The notes below the pieces were generated by a model. It had not been told where the DNA came from and made no database searches. It was given only the letters and a program-made list of their open reading frames with translations. A program made the translations under genes and the position numbers. From a virus (taxonomy: Duplodnaviria > Caudoviricetes), in the IMG/VR virus record IMGVR_UViG_3300037692_000473, positions 1 to 37,861 of that record: DNA of 37,861 bases, one strand, 5' to 3'. Shown piece by piece: positions 14,339 through 22,910 of this stretch (position 1 is its first letter; every line of letters starts with the position of its first letter).

Positions 14339-16330
14339 TCAACTATCAAGTAAATGCTTGATTTTTACTATGCCTTGAACGAAGTCTGCAGTTGCTGAAC
14401 TCGGATTAACTCGAACTCTCCAATATCCTGCAGCATCGGGATAAGTACCACTGTTTGAAATATCAACATCTGTGTCAAGCGTTTTTCCTGTGTTCAAAAT
14501 GCTGTGTTTATTCACCCATGCAGAACCATTCCAAAAATCAAGATAAAGACTGACCTGTGCCGAATTAACTCCAGCTGCATCGCTGACGTCATCTCCGATT
14601 GTGATGTTGTTTATATCTGAAGCAAGGATGTCATAACTTCCGTCTGTATGCAAATGATTTGCAGCTGCAAGACTTCCACTTGCATGGTCGTGTTGTCCTA
14701 TGCTTTGAAGCATTACATAACAATCAATGTCATCGTCTGCTTTATATTGAACTTGAAGATTATTATATCCTAAAAAATCAGTGATTACGATTCCAACAGC
14801 TGCAAAATCACCAGTAGCTGATAAAGTGCAGGTGATTCCTGTTGAGCTTGGATAATAAGTAGTTGTTGTTGCATCTTTCACTCTTAACGTGATAGTTGTC
14901 CATGCAGTCGCTGGATGACATGGTGTGAATGTAAAAAATGTTAAAGCACCAGTAATATATCCTGCATTATAAAGAAGTCCAAAAGTTGATCTTGAAACAA
15001 GAAAACCGATACCTCCATCTACATAATCCCAAGTTCCGTGGTCACTATCCATATCTGTTGAACCCGTGACTGCGGGTTGAGTATTTGCACTTGAATTCTG
15101 AACTTGAGGATCACTTCCAGCATACGCAGCTATTCCAACACCTTTTTTGTAAGGGTCCACATCATAATCAACAGTGAAACTATTCACTCGAATATGTCCA
15201 GCTTCATCCGTGATAAAAGAAGCTGGAATTTGAAAAACAATAGGCAAAGGATAATTTAGTTTACCATTTAAACTATTTCCCCAAGTAAGAGTGTTACCGC
15301 TTCCCTGCATCGATGTTTGACTTTGCAAATAATTCGCCAGTTGCTTTGCAGCACTTTCAGCACCGTTTTTTGAAGCAAGTCGATAATCAGGATTCGTCAC
15401 TTGCATCGTTACTTTTTCAGTTCCGTTGCCATCAACAACTGTTTTCATTCTAACAATATCAACAGTTTCATTTATTCCTGCACTATTGTTTGAAATCTTT
15501 CCTGAATCACCAATGTCAAGATCATCAACAACAATTAAAGGAGTAAGATTGTATTCAAGCGGATTAGGATTTAACTTGTCATATTCAATAACAGCCCTGG
15601 CATTTGCTTCTGTAACGCTTAAAATGTTTCTGTCAATTATTACAACAACAGGATTTGAAGAACCTGTGCTTCCTATTATTTGATTAACACCATCGCCTTT
15701 TCCATACACAACAACTTTTCCAGCTTTACTTCTACTTTTTTTTCTGCTGATTTCTTTAGCGTTTTTTCCTTCAATAAAACTGAATTGAGAAGCAACTGTT
15801 AAAGAATCATAAAGATAAAGTTTCTTATTCGCCTGATCAACTCTGACATCTTTTCCTGTCTGTTCAATCAGTCTAATCGCAGAATTCCAAACGCTCTCTG
15901 TAGCTGAAACTCTAAAACTTGCAGGAGAAACAGGAGTTGAATTTGATGTGTCAACAGTCCATCCTGAAACGCTTGTAACAAGAGTATCAAAAATTGTGTG
16001 GTCGCTTGTTGCATTCCAAACTCTTGAAATAGCACTTCCAACCATAGGTGCCTTTTGGTCTGCGAGTTGAATCTCGATACCTTGAGCGGTTAAAACAACA
16101 CCGCCACCTGTTAAATCGTTTTTATCAACAACGATTCCACGAAATTTAAGTGTTCCATTTTTATAAATATAAATTTCTTTATCTGTATCAAAATCTGTAG
16201 AATAAGCAGTTGAAACACCATCAAGACCTATCTCTGCATTACTCATGGCGTTTAAAGTTTTTTCAAACCCGAAAGTAATCCATTGTTTAGCAGAAGCGTT
16301 TCCAACATTAATTACGTAGCCATTAGTCAC
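14339..16330 (-). CDS. Baseplate hub/Tal-like protein with C-terminal fibre or spike extension
   Basis: Follows Dit; GTLKFRGIV, VVVYGKGDG and LDIGD hub-type motifs; C-terminal HDH and HLH pairs. Confidence 0.7.
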   Translation of the reverse strand: MTNGYVINVGNASAKQWITFGFEKTLNAMSNAEIGLDGVSTAYSTDFDTDKEIYIYKNGTLKFRGIVVDKNDLTGGGVVLTAQGIEIQLADQKAPMVGSAISRVWNATSDHTIFDTLVTSVSGWTVDTSNSTPVSPASFRVSATESVWNSAIRLIEQTGKDVRVDQANKKLYLYDSLTVASQFSFIEGKNAKEISRKKSRSKAGKVVVYGKGDGVNQIIGSTGSSNPVVVIIDRNILSVTEANARAVIEYDKLNPNPLEYNLTPLIVVDDLDIGDSGKISNNSAGINETVDIVRMKTVVDGNGTEKVTMQVTNPDYRLASKNGAESAAKQLANYLQSQTSMQGSGNTLTWGNSLNGKLNYPLPIVFQIPASFITDEAGHIRVNSFTVDYDVDPYKKGVGIAAYAGSDPQVQNSSANTQPAVTGSTDMDSDHGTWDYVDGGIGFLVSRSTFGLLYNAGYITGALTFFTFTPCHPATAWTTITLRVKDATTTTYYPSSTGITCTLSATGDFAAVGIVITDFLGYNNLQVQYKADDDIDCYVMLQSIGQHDHASGSLAAANHLHTDGSYDILASDINNITIGDDVSDAAGVNSAQVSLYLDFWNGSAWVNKHSILNTGKTLDTDVDISNSGTYPDAAGYWRVRVNPSSATADFVQGIVKIKHLLDS

Positions 16331-17327
16331 TTGACCACCCGTTTCTGAAATAGAATGTAGCGGTTATTCCTGTAATGGTTCCTGCTGCAAAAATATCGTT
16401 TAAGCTTTCTCCTGGATTAAGTTTTAAAATCAGATCACCTGACACACTTGCGTTTTGAATTATTTGAGTAACTCCACCGACTTCAACGTGCATATATTCA
16501 GAAAGATAAGTTGTATTATCTCCGCTCGTGATTTTAATAATTTTATAAGTCATCGTTCCGCTTCCTGAAGGAGTGAAAGTAAAACCGTTGTTGTTTTTGT
16601 CTTTTATCGTAACCGCTGCTCCACTTGTTACGCTTCCTGTTATTGTTTCGATAGGAATAATTATGTCGCCATCGTTTTTATTACTTGAATTATAAGCACC
16701 ACTTTGCTGTGTTGCATCAAACAAGATTCCAAAAGGTGAGAAGAAATTAGCGACATAATCAGTATGTAAAGGTCTCGTTCCTGTAGGAACTTTCTGCACG
16801 GTTGCACCTGTGCATAAATAAAATTTGTTATTATTATTTTCAAAATAAAGTTTTAACATCTTCGGAGAGTTAACTTTTCTCACAAGATTTCTATAGTCAG
16901 TATTCTTTGTCGTTCCATCAAAATGTCCATTTAAAGCAATTGTGATACTTGACTTTATTGGAGAAGTAAATCCTAAGAAAGTAAAATAATATGGCAGGTT
17001 TCTTTGGTCCACAAACTTTGATGTTGCAAACTCAACGCTGTTTGGATTATAAGGAAACACCATCGTTGCTGCAACTCTTCCACCAGTATCTGCAGCGGTT
17101 CCTTCACTGCTTCCTGTGTTTGCATAAGTAAAAGTTGTAGAATTTGTAACTGTAACAGAAACATCAGCAGCATTGTATCCAGTTCCACCAAGACCTGTAA
17201 TAGTGACCGTGTCGCCTGTTATTAATCCATGAGCTTCGTTGACAATGATTGTTGCAACGTTACTTCCGCTCCTGGCCCTTGAAACAGTTACCAGACCTTC
17301 ATAATATTCAAGTTTTAAATTACTCAT
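16323..17327 (-). CDS. Distal tail (Dit-like) protein with an inserted beta-barrel domain
   Basis: Follows the TMP; FPYNP, LNGHF and LNPGE; insert AHGLITGDTVTITG..GYN...TFTY. Confidence 0.6.
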   Translation of the reverse strand: MSNLKLEYYEGLVTVSRARSGSNVATIIVNEAHGLITGDTVTITGLGGTGYNAADVSVTVTNSTTFTYANTGSSEGTAADTGGRVAATMVFPYNPNSVEFATSKFVDQRNLPYYFTFLGFTSPIKSSITIALNGHFDGTTKNTDYRNLVRKVNSPKMLKLYFENNNNKFYLCTGATVQKVPTGTRPLHTDYVANFFSPFGILFDATQQSGAYNSSNKNDGDIIIPIETITGSVTSGAAVTIKDKNNNGFTFTPSGSGTMTYKIIKITSGDNTTYLSEYMHVEVGGVTQIIQNASVSGDLILKLNPGESLNDIFAAGTITGITATFYFRNGWSSD

Positions 17328-18148
17328 CTCGGCACCCCAGTCGCTGTTGATACAGTCGTTTCTTTAGAACCCATCATTGAAAACAACCATTGAAGAGTAT
17401 CTATAACAACTTGAGCTCCAACAATAGCACTTCCACCAATAGCAACACCAGCAGCAGACATTAATTTACCCTGACTTCTCAAATCTTCAGTTTTTGCACC
17501 AGTTACATCAGCATACATAAGTGATTCTTTAAAAGTTCCATATTTATCATAATCACTTGAATTATCAGGAGTTAAAGCATTACCGATTAAATCCCCAGCC
17601 ACATAACCGAGAGCAGCACCGAGAAGCATTCCTTTAAGACCTAAAGGAGCACCAAGTCTGATTCCTGCAGCTACTCCAGCAGTTTTTGGAATAATATTTT
17701 TTATAGTATCCCATTTTCCAGAAATCGCAAGTCCTAAATCAGAAATAGTATTACCAACACTTCCTGCAACATCTGAAACAGTAGTGCCATGATCAAAAAG
17801 AGCTTTATTAAAATCTTGAATTAAAGAATTAACACCTTCAAAAACAGGTCTGAATTGAGTACCTAAAGTATTCGATAATTGAAGTGTGCTGACTTGAATT
17901 CTTGCAAAAGTAGAAGCCAACACAGGACTCTTAGAAGCTAAAGCAATTAAAGCGCCAACTCCTGCAGTTCCTATAAGTAATAAATTATTAGCGATGCCAC
18001 CGATAGAATCAGACACTTTCTTTGCAGGAGCATCAATTTGATTAAACTGATTCTCAATATTGCTTAAAGAATTACCGATTCGGTTAATTCCATTAATTAT
18101 TGACTCATCATCAATACTTCCTTTAATATTAAGTTCTCCAACATCCAT
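17324..18148 (-). CDS. Very short tape measure protein (274 aa)
   Basis: MDVGELNIKG N-terminus; Gly/Ala-rich helical and hydrophobic segments; follows the chaperone pair. Confidence 0.7.
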   Translation of the reverse strand: MDVGELNIKGSIDDESIINGINRIGNSLSNIENQFNQIDAPAKKVSDSIGGIANNLLLIGTAGVGALIALASKSPVLASTFARIQVSTLQLSNTLGTQFRPVFEGVNSLIQDFNKALFDHGTTVSDVAGSVGNTISDLGLAISGKWDTIKNIIPKTAGVAAGIRLGAPLGLKGMLLGAALGYVAGDLIGNALTPDNSSDYDKYGTFKESLMYADVTGAKTEDLRSQGKLMSAAGVAIGGSAIVGAQVVIDTLQWLFSMMGSKETTVSTATGVPR

Positions 18149-18150
18149 TT

Positions 18151-18408
18151 TTATCTCCGTTGCAACAAAACCATAGCATCTTTAACTTTTTGCTCATGCT
18201 CGTGTTCTTCTTGTTTAATCTTTTGAATCTCTTTAATTTTTAAATCAAATTCTTTCACAAATTCAAGGTCTTCTATAAGACATTTTCTGAATTCATAAGG
18301 GCTACAAGTTCCTTTAATCCAAGCTTCGCCCATTTGAATATATAACATATCCGCATTAGACAATATTATTTTGTCGTCATTAAATGCTTGGATTATTCTT
18401 TTTTTTTT
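18151..18408 (-). CDS. Tail assembly chaperone T segment (reached by -1 frameshift)
   Basis: The -1 frame is open from the A10G run (RIIQAFNDDKIILSNAD...) to the stop at 18151. Confidence 0.75.
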   Translation of the reverse strand, partial: KKKRIIQAFNDDKIILSNADMLYIQMGEAWIKGTCSPYEFRKCLIEDLEFVKEFDLKIKEIQKIKQEEHEHEQKVKDAMVLLQRR

Positions 18409-18773
18409 GAATCTTTTAAATCTTTAATTTTATTTGTTAAATCTACATACACGGAAGGTTTCAATTTACCAAACAATAAATCTTTATCAGCGTTTGAATA
18501 TTCAGTGAAATGTTTATCAAGTTTAGTGATTTCTTTTAATTCATCAGTTGAAAAAGGAACCATAACAATGTTTCTTAATTTACAAAGCATTTCTTTTCCT
18601 GAATTATATTTTTTAACAAAAACTTTGTTACCATTAACGATTTCTTCAACATCTTCATAATAATCATTTATCCAACTAAGCTCATCACCCGCAGTTGTTG
18701 GTTTAAACTTAAATATTTGACCTTGAACTTCTAAATCTTTCACTTCTTCGTCTGTAAAAAAATTATTTACCAT
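18393..18773 (-). CDS. Tail assembly chaperone G
   Basis: Lies between the tube gene and the TMP; FKFKPTTAGD; ends on slippery TCA AAA AAA AAA GAA TAA. Confidence 0.75.
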   Translation of the reverse strand: MVNNFFTDEEVKDLEVQGQIFKFKPTTAGDELSWINDYYEDVEEIVNGNKVFVKKYNSGKEMLCKLRNIVMVPFSTDELKEITKLDKHFTEYSNADKDLLFGKLKPSVYVDLTNKIKDLKDSKKKE

Positions 18774-18785
18774 TTGTTTTTCCCC

Positions 18786-19748
18786 CTACCAGTTTTGTAT
18801 TGCATCAATAGCCACAGGTACAACACCAGTTGCTGTGAATATGAAATCTCCACTATTTACGCCTTCAAGATTTGTACCTGAAATCGGAACAGGTTCAACA
18901 TAAACTCCTGAAAGAGTAAGTGTCAATTTATTACTTGCACTTTGTTCAAAAACAATTGTGTTCGTTCCTGAAAGAGCTGCGGCGAGTTCCCATAAATCAA
19001 CATATGTTGTACCTAAAAGATTTAAATTAAATCTTCCTGTAATCTTAAAAGTTGTTGCTATCGGAGAACCGATTGTTCTTCCAAGAGAACTATTTGCATA
19101 TCTCGAGTCGTTATCTGTTATTCCTTCAGCGAATGTTATCTCTCCGTTATTTATTGGAATAACTGCCGCACTGTTTAATGTGATTAAAGCGTGTCTATAT
19201 TGAAATGGAGATGCGGTGTCAGTGAAAGTTCCAGCTTCAAGACTTGCAGGAGTTGTGAAATTTTGGCAGATTATATCTTCAGAACACGTTATGAATCCGT
19301 CACTTCCCTGACCACTCGCTTTGCTCCATGAAATAGTGTGTTGTTTAACAACGTTTCCTGTTGTTAAAAATATTAAAGGAGTTGTATGTCTTAACGCCCA
19401 TTCTGATGAAAATGATTTTAAAGTGTTTCCAACGCTCAAAGTATGAGTGTAAGGATTCGCACCAGTCTCTGAATCAATTGTAAAAACATATTTTAATCTA
19501 TGCCAATTCGTAGGGAAGTATTTTGCTTTATATGCAACGCCCAAAGGACCTGCAACCATTTTATCAATAGTTCTGTTGTCAGTTCCTGAAGATTTAACTT
19601 CTTGAAATCCTTGAGTAATATTTGGAGTAATGACGACATCAACTCCTGGAAGTCTTGCAGCTGCAAAACTTGGTGCTGTTCCGTAAACGGATTCTTCAAC
19701 TGAAATGTAACGTTCTCTTATTCCGATAAATCCTTCATCTGTTGCCAT
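18786..19748 (-). CDS. Major tail tube protein
   Basis: EESVYGTAP, YTHT, SFS.E and ITGRF motifs typical of siphoviral tube proteins; gene order. Confidence 0.8.
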   Translation of the reverse strand: MATDEGFIGIRERYISVEESVYGTAPSFAAARLPGVDVVITPNITQGFQEVKSSGTDNRTIDKMVAGPLGVAYKAKYFPTNWHRLKYVFTIDSETGANPYTHTLSVGNTLKSFSSEWALRHTTPLIFLTTGNVVKQHTISWSKASGQGSDGFITCSEDIICQNFTTPASLEAGTFTDTASPFQYRHALITLNSAAVIPINNGEITFAEGITDNDSRYANSSLGRTIGSPIATTFKITGRFNLNLLGTTYVDLWELAAALSGTNTIVFEQSASNKLTLTLSGVYVEPVPISGTNLEGVNSGDFIFTATGVVPVAIDAIQNW

Positions 19749-19750
19749 TG

Positions 19751-20452
19751 TTATACCTCGATTCTCCCTATTTTTAAACATTTAAAATTGACTTCCACAA
19801 TTGAGTGGAACGCCTGAAACTCCTCGCTAAATCCTGCCGCTCTCGGTCCAGAGATTGGAGTGTAATTGTAAAGTGTTGGAAGCAAGTCGCTCTCATAATC
19901 TTCAAAAGCTTTAATGATTTGATTTCCAATATATCTCGTTAAATAATTATTTGAATATTTCCTGTTGCTTATCGTGACAACGTAGTCGTGTTTGCTCCAT
20001 ACATCAATCTGCAAAACAGGACTTGACTCTGTTGGCGCCGTGTATTGACCGAGTCTTTTTCCAGGAGCACTTACCATGAATAAACTTACTCTTGGAAAAC
20101 TCGTGCTTGATAAAGCGTTGTCAGGTTTGTCTGAAAAAATCCAGTTTGATGTTCCATATTTATAAGTTACAGAAATCGCATCCCCGACCGTTAATGCAAC
20201 AAAGAAGGTGATTGTTTGACTTTGATAATCCCAGTGATAATCTTTCCATTTAATTTTAGAAACAGCATTTATTGTTAAAGCTGAAATTGATGAAACGCTT
20301 CCACTCGGAGAAGTCAAAACCATAGTTGTCTGTCCTGCAGTTGCAGTTGCCGTATCAGTCTTTGTTGCTTCCGCCCTTGCTCTTGGATCAACAATTCTAT
20401 TTCTTAAGAAATCTGTGATAATGTCTTCAGGATCTATATAATAAACAGTCAT
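19751..20452 (-). CDS. Tail terminator/completion protein with an inserted Ig-like module
   Basis: FPRVS, LQIDVW; insert DYHWDYQSQTITFFVALTVGDAISVTY. Confidence 0.65.
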   Translation of the reverse strand: MTVYYIDPEDIITDFLRNRIVDPRARAEATKTDTATATAGQTTMVLTSPSGSVSSISALTINAVSKIKWKDYHWDYQSQTITFFVALTVGDAISVTYKYGTSNWIFSDKPDNALSSTSFPRVSLFMVSAPGKRLGQYTAPTESSPVLQIDVWSKHDYVVTISNRKYSNNYLTRYIGNQIIKAFEDYESDLLPTLYNYTPISGPRAAGFSEEFQAFHSIVEVNFKCLKIGRIEV

Positions 20453-20461
20453 TTGCTTTTT

Positions 20462-20501
20462 ATCCTCTTGGATTTTTTAAATATTATCCTTCCTCTTGGA
20501 A
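20462..20501 (-). promoter_or_regulatory. Twin TCC-AAGA-GGA mini-hairpins/boxes in the tail operon leader
   Basis: TCCTCTTGGA at 20463..20472 and 20491..20500. Confidence 0.5.
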
Positions 20502-20541
20502 GCATCAAGCAATCTTGATAAACTACACCTTGAAGTATTCT

Positions 20542-20560
20542 TTATTTAAATACCACTAAA
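20542..20560 (-). promoter_or_regulatory. Class L (late) promoter TTTAGTGGTATTTAAATAA
   Basis: Exact 19-mer also at 31243 and 33539. Confidence 0.85.
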
Positions 20561-20993
20561 TTTTGTCAGAAAACACGTCATCCCTGAATTTAGGATACCA
20601 AAAATTCAAAACCTCATAATAAGCAGGTCGCATGAAAGGATGCGCCGTAATGCCCTCCTTGGCAATCTTAGCCCTCACAGCATAAGCAACGCTCTCATCA
20701 CCTATCTTTCTCGCAGCCCATTTTTTAAGCGGTTCAATCGGCGCATAAAAAGGCCTGGTGCCGTATTCCAAAGCTGCACTATACTCCGCATGACTTGTTA
20801 AAACGTAATGATTCGCCAAGATTTCAGGAAACACAGTAATCTTTTGTCTCAAGTCCCCAACATCAAAAGGAGCGTTTTTAATAGCTAATTCTTCCATCTT
20901 GAACATGGACATCATTAAAACTTTCCTGGCCGCATTGATAGTTTCCTCTTTGCCTTTTTCAACGCCTGATACCTTAACTCGGAATCTTAACAT
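20556..20993 (-). CDS. HK97 gp10-like neck protein
   Basis: APFDVGDLR, YSAALEYGT, AHPFMRPA. Confidence 0.85.
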   Translation of the reverse strand: MLRFRVKVSGVEKGKEETINAARKVLMMSMFKMEELAIKNAPFDVGDLRQKITVFPEILANHYVLTSHAEYSAALEYGTRPFYAPIEPLKKWAARKIGDESVAYAVRAKIAKEGITAHPFMRPAYYEVLNFWYPKFRDDVFSDKI

Positions 20994-21000
20994 AAGCACC

Positions 21001-21384
21001 TCAATAAAGTTTTATACTGAATCCTCGATAAGTGATGTCGCCCGAAATCTGTTCACCCTCGATTTCTTTAACGACAATATATGTTTTAGAACTAAATGTG
21101 ATTAAATCATGCAGTTCAATATCTGCAGAGTATTCCACGAATATCATGCCATCGCCTTCTTGAACGTTTCCAAGATTCATATTAGCCAAGTCATACTTTG
21201 TAATCCATTGAATATCCGCTGCATAAGTTACGTCAGCAGTTGATTCAGCTGTAATTCTTTCCATAGAATCCTTTGTCTCGGTCTTTCTCGTTCTCACAAT
21301 CGAAGTAGCAAAATCTCTTAAATAATTCTTGAAATTATTCCTGATTTGATTTGACAATCCACCAACAATTCGTTTCGTAACCAT
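21001..21384 (-). CDS. Head closure (stopper) protein
   Basis: Position; IELHDLITF..KTYIV pattern. Confidence 0.6.
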   Translation of the reverse strand: MVTKRIVGGLSNQIRNNFKNYLRDFATSIVRTRKTETKDSMERITAESTADVTYAADIQWITKYDLANMNLGNVQEGDGMIFVEYSADIELHDLITFSSKTYIVVKEIEGEQISGDITYRGFSIKLY

Positions 21385-21389
21385 TGCAA

Positions 21390-22553
21390 TCACGCACACG
21401 CATAACGATTTCCGAGATCATCCGTTATTTTATTAACTCTTGAGTTCAGTTGATTAATGACTTCTCTGACGTTAACATAAACTTCTCCGATAGACACTTG
21501 TTTTCTTCCAATTGAATAAGAAGTAACATCTTTATAGGATCCACCGCTAATGTTTACCATCATCATAAGACCGCCGATTAAACCTGCGAGTTCCTGGACT
21601 AAATCAGGAACAGTTGTGTATCCGTGAAGATAATTAAGTTTTATATTCATTTTTCCATTTGGAAGAGTTGTGTTAAAAACAACCCTTGACTCGTTCTTCT
21701 CATCATCTGTAACAATTCGGTAATCTGTTGTAGCGAGTGTTTTATCAATCGCACCTGTTTCATCCAAGAAATTTATTGAAGTCATCGAAATAAATCCTCT
21801 GTATTTTAATTGAACTTCTTTTCTTTCCATGATCTGAATTCCGAAAGGTTCGTCAGTTTGAGGATAACCGCTGTCGTATCCATCAAAATATTCTATGCTT
21901 GGAGAAGATAATCCCCAGTAATTATTTGTAGTTTTCTCAACTTCTCTCGTGACTCCAGGCAAGAAACTGCTGATTACAGAATCCGACATCTTCGGACAGT
22001 ACACATAATTTGCGATAAGAACCTTTCCATTTATTTTTGTTATTCCTGCAGCGGTTAAAGTGATTAATCCCTGGTCTTTTCTAATTGTGAAATCAATTGT
22101 TTCAATCAAAGTTGTTAAAGCGTTACTTCCCGAAGTTCCATATTGAAGCGAATAACTTCCTGTGATTACGTTTCCATTATCCAAATCATAACTCGATTCA
22201 GTTCCGTTTCCAGTTCCGAGTTCTTCGCTATAAACTTCAACACCTATTCCTGAAGCTCGAATCATTTGAAGCGTTGTACAATAATATTGACCGAGAACAG
22301 TAATGTTCTCGTTTGTGAAATAATCAAGAGAAATAGGATCAGAATCCCACACAGCAATTAAGAAAGTGATTGTGTTCGTATTCACATCTAAAGTGAAATC
22401 AACAGTTGACTGAAGAATTGCGCTGGATCTTAAAATCTGCATTTGAGCCAGGATAGCATCAGAGTTCTGCAACATATAAGTCCGATTAGCTGTTCCATCA
22501 GTCCCTGTAAGACTTGCGCCCGTGATTAATTCGCTTCTTGGGGTGTATACCAT
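21390..22553 (-). CDS. Head-tail adaptor with extra Ig-like modules
   Basis: YCTT, YLHGYTTVPDLVQE and SYSIG adaptor motifs. Confidence 0.7.
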   Translation of the reverse strand: MVYTPRSELITGASLTGTDGTANRTYMLQNSDAILAQMQILRSSAILQSTVDFTLDVNTNTITFLIAVWDSDPISLDYFTNENITVLGQYYCTTLQMIRASGIGVEVYSEELGTGNGTESSYDLDNGNVITGSYSLQYGTSGSNALTTLIETIDFTIRKDQGLITLTAAGITKINGKVLIANYVYCPKMSDSVISSFLPGVTREVEKTTNNYWGLSSPSIEYFDGYDSGYPQTDEPFGIQIMERKEVQLKYRGFISMTSINFLDETGAIDKTLATTDYRIVTDDEKNESRVVFNTTLPNGKMNIKLNYLHGYTTVPDLVQELAGLIGGLMMMVNISGGSYKDVTSYSIGRKQVSIGEVYVNVREVINQLNSRVNKITDDLGNRYACA

Positions 22554-22577
22554 TTATTTTCCTTTTCTTTTAATGTT

Positions 22578-22591
22578 TTTAAATACCGCTA
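22578..22591 (-). promoter_or_regulatory. Class L promoter variant TAGCGGTATTTAAA
   Basis: One mismatch to the core motif; about 25 nt upstream of ATG 22553. Confidence 0.7.
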
Positions 22592-22903
22592 TTGAATCAA
22601 TACGCACTCTTTCTGATTACAACTATATTGCAAAACGTGTTCTTGATTTATATGAATTTGTTGAGGTGATAAATCAGAAACTATCAACGCCCAACCATTA
22701 CTGCAATCTTTGTAACCCGCCGTTATTAAAGGTTGAGGATAACATCTCGTTCCTGTTGATGAAAATCTATCGCATTGAACTGATATATTTTTTTCTGCAC
22801 AATAATAATGAGTGCCGTCAAATAAAGCAGAACCAAATAAAGTCAATAAAATAAGACCTATCCCACCAAGTGAGCTGTAAACAATTGTTTTTTTCTCTAC
22901 CAT
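22589..22903 (-). CDS. Membrane-anchored protein with six Cys in the predicted external domain
   Basis: N-terminal TM IVYSSLGGIGLILLTLFGSAL; GAGGT SD before ATG 22903. Confidence 0.7.
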   Translation of the reverse strand: MVEKKTIVYSSLGGIGLILLTLFGSALFDGTHYYCAEKNISVQCDRFSSTGTRCYPQPLITAGYKDCSNGWALIVSDLSPQQIHINQEHVLQYSCNQKECVLIQ

Positions 22904-22910
22904 TTTAACC

